Below are positions 26,000 through 33,524 of a stretch of 56,899 nt of DNA, piece after piece. The position numbers were made by a program, and so were the translations under genes. Numbering within the stretch: position 1 is the stretch's first letter; each line of letters starts with the position of its first letter. This stretch comes from a virus (taxonomy: Duplodnaviria > Caudoviricetes), in IMG/VR virus record IMGVR_UViG_3300046817_000760, positions 1 through 56,899 of that record. The stretch is one strand, 5' to 3'. Below the pieces are notes generated by a model. It saw nothing but the letters and a program-made list of their open reading frames with translations, did not search any database and was not told where the DNA came from.

Positions 26000-27086
26000 C
26001 AAAATAGGCAAACGCCACGACACAGAACGCAAAGTGCTGGCCGACACGAAGGCCAAGGCCCAGCAGGCTCGCGCAGAGTTGCAACGCGAGCTAGCGGGTC
26101 CACGTGACCGAGGATGGCTACTCTCCCATGCCTTGGACCAGTACATCGCGACCACTCGTGATGGTACCAAGCACTGTTGGGACAGCTACGCCCGTCGTAT
26201 CAATAGGGCATTCGGGGGGCGCCGCCTCGGGGACATCACGACTGCCGAGATCCAGCGTTTCTTGTACAACCTGCCTCTTGCGGACAACACGGCGAACGGG
26301 TACCGCACGCTCTTTATCGGCACGTATAAGCACGCGCGGATCTGTGGAGAGTACGCAGGCGTGAACGTTGCCAAGGAGACTGAGGCGCGACGCCCAAAGA
26401 AGACCGAGGCAGAGCGACTAGCCGCCCTGGAAAACCCGGTCAAGCGTGCCTACCTGGGGGACGAGACGCAGCGCTTCCTAGCGGCCTTGGACCCGAACCT
26501 TCGCGCCCTGCAAATCATCCAGATATTTCTCGGTTGCCGATTTGGGGAGGCGAGCGCCCTCGAGTGGCGTGATGTGGACCTCGAGACGGGGGACGTCAAC
26601 ATTCGCCGCAAGCAGTACGTCAACGCTGTGAGCGTGCCCAAGAACGGCAAGGAACGGCCCACGGCTCTTGGGGCACAGGGCATCATGGTGCTCAAGGCGC
26701 ACAAGGCCCGGATGGAAGAGCTCAAGTGGCCTGGCTGGGATCGCCTGGTCTTCCCGCGCCCGGTCTCCTACCACGCCAGAGCCTCAGATATGTGGTCGAG
26801 CCGCACCGCGATCCTCAAGGTGACCCAAGCCCAAAAGGCTGCGGGCATCACGGTGAAGTCCAAGACCCACGCAGCCCGGCACACCCACATCACGCTGGCC
26901 GAGGTGGATCGGGTGCTCCACGTAGAAGCTTCCGTGGACCTTGGTGTCATCCACAGGCAGATGGTTGGCCACGCGAGCGAAGCGCAGAGTCGAGCTTACG
27001 TGGACAAAAGCGCTCTTCCCCGGCGCCGTCTCGCTGCTTCGATAGAAAAAGCAATAGTGGGAGAAATCCTGGGAACTGAGCCGTAA
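25923..27086 (+). CDS. int: Tyrosine integrase
   Basis: GCRFGEASALEWRDVDL (R), PKNG (K), HAARHT (HxxR), VGH, AY (Y). Confidence 0.92.
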   Translation: MTKTAWTDGVKKLAPGKYLVRVTWTDKIGKRHDTERKVLADTKAKAQQARAELQRELAGPRDRGWLLSHALDQYIATTRDGTKHCWDSYARRINRAFGGRRLGDITTAEIQRFLYNLPLADNTANGYRTLFIGTYKHARICGEYAGVNVAKETEARRPKKTEAERLAALENPVKRAYLGDETQRFLAALDPNLRALQIIQIFLGCRFGEASALEWRDVDLETGDVNIRRKQYVNAVSVPKNGKERPTALGAQGIMVLKAHKARMEELKWPGWDRLVFPRPVSYHARASDMWSSRTAILKVTQAQKAAGITVKSKTHAARHTHITLAEVDRVLHVEASVDLGVIHRQMVGHASEAQSRAYVDKSALPRRRLAASIEKAIVGEILGTEP

Positions 27087-27101
27087 GTCGTTGAAACCAC
27101 G

Positions 27102-27137
27102 GGCTGTGCATTCACGGGAATGGTGAATGCAATAGCC
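27102..27137. other. Strong hairpin in the candidate attP / convergent-transcription region
   Basis: GGCTGTGCATTCAC-GGGAATG-GTGAATGCAATAGCC, right after int. Confidence 0.5.
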
Positions 27138-27275
27138 TGACCCGACTAGACACGGTCTCACACGCCATAACACGGCCCGCGAAGTGACAAGGAAAAGAGG
27201 GCCTCTTCTAGCCTACGCTAGACAGGCCCTCTCTTGGCTTTACAGGGCAGTGTGGGAGAGAAAGTGGGGGTGGCC

Positions 27276-27446
27276 CTAGAGCCGAAGCACATCGTACTGC
27301 CGCAGAAACCCGAGCAGGACGATGAGCGCCACGATCAGGAACACGATGACCTGGGCCGGCTGGGGCAGGGGCAGCAGCGTCAGCACGTACCAGATCAGGG
27401 CCAGGATCAGCAGGGCCAGGAGGACGAAGACCAGTAGGGAGATCAT
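27276..27446 (-). CDS. Small two-TM protein, holin candidate (56 aa; not in ORF track)
   Basis: MISLLVFVLLALLILALIWYVLTLLPLPQPAQVIVFLIVALIVLLGFLRQYDVLRL; last late-module gene, with a late-promoter variant. Confidence 0.65.
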   Translation of the reverse strand: MISLLVFVLLALLILALIWYVLTLLPLPQPAQVIVFLIVALIVLLGFLRQYDVLRL

Positions 27447-27488
27447 GCCCCAGGGGTACCGTGATGGGGGGCGGCGTTGCCCCCGGCC

Positions 27489-29618
27489 TCACAAGTTGCC
27501 CTCGGACACCCACGTTCCAGGCGTGCCGGCGACCGTGCAGATCCAACCCTTCGGCGAGCCGACTGCAGCCGTAGCGTTGAACACCCGGTCCCCTACGGAG
27601 AAGGACCCCTGGGCTGCCACGGGAACTGCTGTCCCGTACATGACGGTATGCCCGCCTAGCCGGACAGCTCCCGTGGGGGAGTAGTCCGTGCGCTGCTTCA
27701 GCGCCTGGGAGCCATTGTCGAAGCTGTCTAGCCGCGCGAAGTAATCAATCTCGATCGTGGCGTAACCGCCTGCAGCTAGCCCTGCGTCAAACAAAACGTC
27801 CAGACGATGGGTATCTGTACCGTTCACCTGTGCTGTGTTGAACACCTCCTGTCCGTTTGTCTGGGCAGGGGGCGAGAATAGTGCCGTGATGTTTATGCCA
27901 TTGAACGTGGCTGTGTCCTGCAAAAAGGCTTGAGACGCCAAGAATGCAGTGCTGGAGTACACCCGGATTGCTGCCAACATGCCTACTGGAAGATTAGAAA
28001 ACGAGACGTTCTGACCTGCGACATAACGAATCGTGTTTGACCACGTTCTACGCTCCCTCTTGATACCCCCGTGTTCGAAGTACCCGAAATGGGTCCCTAA
28101 AGACATGGCCAGCACGCGCGGGCCTGCGAGCGTAAAGTCCTCGGTTCGTGCCAACAGAGACGACGTCCCGAAGTAAGAAACGACTTGCTTATCCTGGACA
28201 GTGGAGGTGAAGGTGCCCCGCCGAACCACCACGCCTGTGCAACCACCTCCGATCGAGATCATTGCATCAGACCCCGCTCCGGGGGACGCATCAGAGCCGT
28301 ACGAGATGTGCAGGTTCTCGATAAGTACGCCGCGGCACTGCGTCTCCAAGTACACAGCAAAACGCTCAATGTCTTCGGCAAAGATGTTACGAGCTGAAGC
28401 GTTGCGGCAGCCGTTGAAAGAGATGACCCCCCCTGCAGCGCTGTGGGCATTGCGGTCTACGTGCCTCGCGTAGATGTTGCGGAATTCCACGTTTTCACAG
28501 TTGCTCTGTCCAACGGGGCCGTTGCTACTGCGGATGAAGATGTCCCGCACAACCACGTTTCTGCCGAAGATCACGTTGCCCGTGATGTTCTGGATGATAC
28601 CGGGAGTCATGTCAGTCGCGAAGTTGCCGATCTGACAGTTCTGGCAAATGGAGGCTGGCTTTATAATCCTGTTTGAGAACGTGAACGGATTAGGGATGGC
28701 CTCGCTGACGCCAACACGCAGGGTGACGACTTGGCCTACCACGGACTCCACAATATCGAAATACTTTACGTACCACTCGTTGGGGTCCCCGGGGTCTGAC
28801 CCGAAGAAGCAGAACACATCATCCCCCGGGACCCATCCAGTCAGGTCCCCAACTACGGTGAATGTGCGATCCCCAACGGCCAGGGTGCCTGTTCCAAAAG
28901 TAACTTCGTTCGTCCCCATCTCCGAGACGGCCAGGAAGTTGTCATTTTGCCCAACAGTAGCCGCAGTCAACTTTATTGTAGTGGTTGACCCCTGCCCTAG
29001 TAGGCTGACAGACCCACGAATGATGGGGCTCACCGGATACGAATAGGTCCGCGGTCCCATGGTCACAGTCCCTGACGGGAAGGCAGTGTCTAGAGCTCGC
29101 TGGATGCAATCCGTGGCGTTGAAACCAAACCAGTCCACATGGTACTCCCCCGCAGGGTGTAGCCGTAGCCAACGGCCCGTAGGGGCGGAGCCGATCACCG
29201 TGCCGCCGTTCGTCGGGGTTGTGGACGACACGTTCCAGTAGAAGTTCCCACCACCCCCATCACCAGGAGTGTAGTAACCCAAGAGCGTGGCAACCTGGCC
29301 AGCTGCACCACCCGCCAAAGCAGCCAAATCGGCTATCGTGTTGACAAACAATCCACCCCCTCCCGAGCCAGGAGGTCCCTGTGGACCTGGGGGCCCAGAC
29401 GGGCCTGGGGGTCCAACCACGACTACGGGAGGCAAGGGTGAAGGGTTAGGGTTTTCTGCTTCGCTATCACGAGACAGCAAAGCGCCTTCACGGACCAGCC
29501 CGTCAATCTCATCAGTCTTCGTGACCGTGGCCCCGTCTGCCGTGATGACGGTGCCGTTGTCGAGCGTGACCGTCTCGTTGACCTCGGGGTTTGGCCATAC
29601 ATCTAGGAGAGTGGCCAT
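27489..29618 (-). CDS. Tailspike / receptor-binding protein, probable beta-helix depolymerase
   Basis: Collagen-like GPPGPSGPPGPQGPPG, LGYYTPGDGGGGNFYW, VDWFG...IQRALD, beta-helix-like repeats, C-terminal GWICTVAGTPGTW. Confidence 0.85.
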   Translation of the reverse strand: MATLLDVWPNPEVNETVTLDNGTVITADGATVTKTDEIDGLVREGALLSRDSEAENPNPSPLPPVVVVGPPGPSGPPGPQGPPGSGGGGLFVNTIADLAALAGGAAGQVATLLGYYTPGDGGGGNFYWNVSSTTPTNGGTVIGSAPTGRWLRLHPAGEYHVDWFGFNATDCIQRALDTAFPSGTVTMGPRTYSYPVSPIIRGSVSLLGQGSTTTIKLTAATVGQNDNFLAVSEMGTNEVTFGTGTLAVGDRTFTVVGDLTGWVPGDDVFCFFGSDPGDPNEWYVKYFDIVESVVGQVVTLRVGVSEAIPNPFTFSNRIIKPASICQNCQIGNFATDMTPGIIQNITGNVIFGRNVVVRDIFIRSSNGPVGQSNCENVEFRNIYARHVDRNAHSAAGGVISFNGCRNASARNIFAEDIERFAVYLETQCRGVLIENLHISYGSDASPGAGSDAMISIGGGCTGVVVRRGTFTSTVQDKQVVSYFGTSSLLARTEDFTLAGPRVLAMSLGTHFGYFEHGGIKRERRTWSNTIRYVAGQNVSFSNLPVGMLAAIRVYSSTAFLASQAFLQDTATFNGINITALFSPPAQTNGQEVFNTAQVNGTDTHRLDVLFDAGLAAGGYATIEIDYFARLDSFDNGSQALKQRTDYSPTGAVRLGGHTVMYGTAVPVAAQGSFSVGDRVFNATAAVGSPKGWICTVAGTPGTWVSEGNL

Positions 29619-29619
29619 G

Positions 29620-31119
29620 TCAGCTCACCAGTCCCGTTCTGGTCAGAATCGCGTTGTAGACAATGGCGTACTCTTCCGAGGTCAGCTCGCGGTCAAAGAC
29701 GAGCAGACTCTCCCATGCCGCTCGCATCACATCCGAGGCACTTCGACCCAAGGTCATCACCTGCGAACTGGACGACGGTCCTGCAAGTAAGATGTTGTTC
29801 GTGGAGACCGCGGACCCGGAGACCTTGAGCGTTGCTCGGGGAGTGCCGGCATCACGTTGGCGCCACGACACCAAGGTTCCAACACCTTGGACCTGTGGGG
29901 GGCCTGCAATGCTCGACACTGCTGTTGCAGCGTCAATCGCAAATGCCTGGATAGTGCCCACGCCCGGTGTAGAGAAAAGAGTAAAGCCCGTAACACCTGC
30001 AGCTATCCCCGTCGCAGACGCTAACAGCAGGCTGTTTTGCGTCGGGTTCTGGGGTGCATACGCGAAAAACACTGTCGCCCCCGTACCCCTGACCAAAAAG
30101 TTCCAAGAGCTAGCAACCAGGTTGCTGGTATAAGAGCTGGCTCCGCCAAAGATGGCCGCAGGCGCACCTCCGAACAACGCGGACGGCGTAGGAGCAACTA
30201 CTTGCTGTGCTACCGCAGCACCAAAGCTGTGGCCTATACGCGCCTTGTCGAGGAAGGCAGAGGCATTCGCTCCGGCCAACGTAAAGGCCCCGGCCCTGAA
30301 ATCGCAGAAGGGCACCAACTTTAGGATTTCACGGTCTGGACCGACAATTGCCGGGGAGGCGATGGCATAGCGATCCTGGATGTACTCCCGGACGATCTGC
30401 CTCTCGTACTCGGAGAGGACTCGCCGAAAGACAAGAGTCTCACACCAGCGCATGTGCGGGCCATAACCCCCGGATGCTCCGATCTTCAGCGGGCCAACGT
30501 CCCCCGCAGCCGGTGCCAGAGGGACGGCAACGGTGTTCATTGCGCCTAGAGGGGTGGACAGGACACTCTCCAGTGGAGCCCCGTCCTTCCATGCCCAGTC
30601 AACGTACAAGGCGGTATTCAGTGCCACCACTCCAGCCGGGGACAACTGCGATAGGATGGCTGGTGAAGCGTCAATCTGGATATTGAGCTGGCCCGATGGG
30701 TTGAAGTTTAGGTTCGTCCCGTTGTTGCCCGCAAAAGTCGTGACGACCACATCCACGAGTGGGCCGAATCCCGTAGGGGCGAAGACGACAAAGGTCTCGG
30801 CTCCTGCGCCAGCTTGCATGAACTTCCAGTCTGTTGCTGGAAGGTTGCTCTGAAAGTACGTGTCCCCTGTGAAGCTTATAGACTTGGCACCCCCAAAGAG
30901 AATGTCAGGGACAGGTGCGGCAGCCACAGTAGCCCCTGTCACGAGGACGTCTGCACCCTTCCTATTAGGGATGGTCTGCACGTTGGGGCCAGACAGAGTG
31001 ACCGTGTCCGCACGGTATTGATAGTCAGGCAAGAGGGCATCGAGCGCGGCCTCGGCGGCACTCTTCCCAATCCCTCCACCATGGAAGAGATCCCTGATCC
31101 TCCGCCCTCCACGTCTCAT
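29620..31119 (-). CDS. Tail-associated protein with two tandem LamG/lectin-like domains
   Basis: Internal duplication (LFGG...SNL.A..W.F; LVF.R.L...E); position in the tail module. Confidence 0.6.
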   Translation of the reverse strand: MRRGGRRIRDLFHGGGIGKSAAEAALDALLPDYQYRADTVTLSGPNVQTIPNRKGADVLVTGATVAAAPVPDILFGGAKSISFTGDTYFQSNLPATDWKFMQAGAGAETFVVFAPTGFGPLVDVVVTTFAGNNGTNLNFNPSGQLNIQIDASPAILSQLSPAGVVALNTALYVDWAWKDGAPLESVLSTPLGAMNTVAVPLAPAAGDVGPLKIGASGGYGPHMRWCETLVFRRVLSEYERQIVREYIQDRYAIASPAIVGPDREILKLVPFCDFRAGAFTLAGANASAFLDKARIGHSFGAAVAQQVVAPTPSALFGGAPAAIFGGASSYTSNLVASSWNFLVRGTGATVFFAYAPQNPTQNSLLLASATGIAAGVTGFTLFSTPGVGTIQAFAIDAATAVSSIAGPPQVQGVGTLVSWRQRDAGTPRATLKVSGSAVSTNNILLAGPSSSSQVMTLGRSASDVMRAAWESLLVFDRELTSEEYAIVYNAILTRTGLVS

Positions 31120-31544
31120 GCCCCTGTCCGCTCGCCCGAGATGGAAGCCTCGAAGAAGCCTGTGCCTGCAGAGGAGACGAAGATCAGACGTCGAGCTCTG
31201 GTCGAAATGTAATAATGCTCGGGGGTCCTATCGAGGAGGGTCTGCGCAGCTCCGGCTACCCCTGTCCCCGTCACGGAGGGGGTGTTGTAGATGAGCGTGG
31301 GAGTGGTATCGACCCCCGAGATGCCATCCTGGTCCAACAGGATCGCCCACTGGACGTCCGCTCCTATGGTCAGGAGGCGCCAGTACCTGCCCCGGCAAGC
31401 CTTAGGAATGTCCGCGGCCGTAGCAGGTCCGAAGGCCGTACTGTTCGCGACCCTGAAGATCAGGCCCGACTGATGGGTCGGGTCCGCAACATTCGAGGCG
31501 TAGGGAGCGATCACGTAAGCCGCTGCGTCGAGACGTGCAGTCAT
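31116..31544 (-). CDS. Putative virion protein
   Basis: Late-promoter motif at 31573-31581; beta-rich sequence. Confidence 0.6.
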   Translation of the reverse strand: MTARLDAAAYVIAPYASNVADPTHQSGLIFRVANSTAFGPATAADIPKACRGRYWRLLTIGADVQWAILLDQDGISGVDTTPTLIYNTPSVTGTGVAGAAQTLLDRTPEHYYISTRARRLIFVSSAGTGFFEASISGERTGA

Positions 31545-31583
31545 GCCTCCCAATGTGAAGAAGGCAGGAGGATGGTTGCCCCA

Positions 31584-32060
31584 TCACGTCAAACGAGCGA
31601 ACTCCCCGTGCAGCGTGATGGCGGCCTTGCAGTAGGCGTCGTACGCGAGCTCGGGGGTCTCGAACCGACCAAGGTGGTAGGACTTCCCGAACTTCTTGAT
31701 CACGGCCACCCACTTTTCTCTATTCCGCGCGACCCCCTTGTACCCAGAAGTGTTTCTCTTCGTTTTGGTCCTGTTCCAATGATTCTCAAAGACCGTGCAC
31801 AGCCTCAGGTTCTCTCGGCGACAGTCTAAACCATTGCCATTGACGTGATCGACCTGCAGGCCTTGGGGCGCGTTTGTCAAAAACCTGTGAAGGTAGATAT
31901 TACTATGGCGACGTCCTTGGGACGCTTGAGCATATACCTTGCCGCAATGGACCATCGGCACGACACACCACCGCAAAGTCATCACGCGGTCATAGTCCAC
32001 ATCGTCGACCAGGGCCGTGTACCTGTCCCCGTTACGCCTCACGATTGCTATTTCGCGCAT
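31584..32060 (-). CDS. HNH-AP2 homing endonuclease
   Basis: ALVDD, YLHR, VDHVNGNGLDCRRENLR, TSGYKGV, LGRFET...AY..AA..LHGEFA. Confidence 0.9.
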   Translation of the reverse strand: MREIAIVRRNGDRYTALVDDVDYDRVMTLRWCVVPMVHCGKVYAQASQGRRHSNIYLHRFLTNAPQGLQVDHVNGNGLDCRRENLRLCTVFENHWNRTKTKRNTSGYKGVARNREKWVAVIKKFGKSYHLGRFETPELAYDAYCKAAITLHGEFARLT

Positions 32061-32086
32061 CCCACTGGGTACCACGAACCCTGTAC

Positions 32087-33487
32087 TCAGTCGAAGAAGC
32101 CCAACCCGTTTTCTGCCCTCTCTCTTGCTCGGCGTTGCCTTTCTAGGAATGCCTCATGTGCTAGTTCTGTTGCCGTTTTGGGAGGGGGCGTTTCTTCGGG
32201 AATGTCGGTCATATGCGCGAAAATCGCGTACCGGGCCGCGTCACTAAGATGGTTCTGGAAGGACGGGTCTACCTCCTCGTGTTTCTCGTCCTTCCAAGGG
32301 AGGAGCGTCCACTCGTCCGCAAGCGTTTGTGCGGCAGGGAGCACCTTGATTCGCCCTGAACCGAGCTCCCCGTTGACTATGGCAATCTGGCCTAGTTTGC
32401 CGCGCTTGTCCGCGGGCTGTACCCAACGGTCCATCAGGTACCCATACTTACGATTGAACACACGCACGTACGCTGCGCCTAAGCCCCCACCGTCACCTAC
32501 TATCTTTTGCGGGCTCCACCGTTCAATCAGAACACGGGTGAGGTCTGCAGCATCGTCGGGCAACATCTTGTGCTGCTGCTGAGACTCCACCACGTAGACA
32601 GAGCGCGAGCCTTTGGGCGACCACACGCATACCCACGCGCACGCATCTTCGACCGTGCCGTAATCGATGCCTAGCGTGCAGAAGCCCCTTGAGACGTGGA
32701 CAGGCAAGCACTCCGAAGCATTGCGCTCATGCACGTATTGAAAGACCTGACTGTTCGTGTCGTTGACGAACTCGCCCAACCACTCTCTTTTGAAGATGGG
32801 GTTGTCCTCCGTCCACACGTTGCGGAGCAAGACCTGCTGCAGCATGGACTCCACATCACGAGGGAACCGCTTGTTCTCCCTGACTGTCCACGAGTGGATC
32901 GACCAGCCGGGAATCTTGCCTAAACAGAGGTCTGCCCAGTGGCCGATACGGGTAACACTCGGAGTACCAAACAAAGTGCATGACCCGCCCGTGTCTGATA
33001 GTGCAGGCTCCAAGACTGTCGAGATGAGTCTTGGAAGCATGTTCGAGTAAGCCTGCACTTCGTCAAATAGTGCTGCTTTGAGTTTGTATCCACGAAGCAG
33101 TTCCACAGCGCCTGCATCGGATAATCCCCAGAATAGAATCTTTGCACCCCACGGTGCAGTCCATGTCCCATCTTGCAGGTTCGGCGTGAACGGAAGCTTG
33201 TGGCGTAGCACCAGGGCATGCAGGTTCTGCCAGTGCAGACTTTTGGCCTTCTTCGCGGTCTCCGCCGCGATGACTATGACCTCCATGAACCCAGCATCCA
33301 GTGCACACAAGATCGCATCACGGTGGATGACTTCCGACTTGCCCGCGCGTCTACCAGGATGACACGCCCTGAACTGCGCCGGGTCATCGACCACAGCCAA
33401 CTGCTTATCGAACAGCTCCGCGCGAATAGCCTGCTTCCACTGCTCGCGGCGGATGAGTTCAATGATGACTTCCCGGTCTTTGCTCAT
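32087..33487 (-). CDS. terL: Terminase large subunit
   Basis: GRRAGKS (Walker A), LRG...FDE (Walker B), GTP, REWLGEF, GIDYG, HLSDAARYA. Confidence 0.92.
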   Translation of the reverse strand: MSKDREVIIELIRREQWKQAIRAELFDKQLAVVDDPAQFRACHPGRRAGKSEVIHRDAILCALDAGFMEVIVIAAETAKKAKSLHWQNLHALVLRHKLPFTPNLQDGTWTAPWGAKILFWGLSDAGAVELLRGYKLKAALFDEVQAYSNMLPRLISTVLEPALSDTGGSCTLFGTPSVTRIGHWADLCLGKIPGWSIHSWTVRENKRFPRDVESMLQQVLLRNVWTEDNPIFKREWLGEFVNDTNSQVFQYVHERNASECLPVHVSRGFCTLGIDYGTVEDACAWVCVWSPKGSRSVYVVESQQQHKMLPDDAADLTRVLIERWSPQKIVGDGGGLGAAYVRVFNRKYGYLMDRWVQPADKRGKLGQIAIVNGELGSGRIKVLPAAQTLADEWTLLPWKDEKHEEVDPSFQNHLSDAARYAIFAHMTDIPEETPPPKTATELAHEAFLERQRRARERAENGLGFFD

Positions 33488-33524
33488 CCATCACGATGAA
33501 CAAGCAAAAGACCTGATTGCACCT

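Noticed and set aside
27489-31119. Invertible tail-fibre segment (Gin/Cin type) or diversity-generating retroelement
   Set aside because: No inverted alternative fibre ends, flanking inverted sites, reverse transcriptase or TR/VR pair seen.
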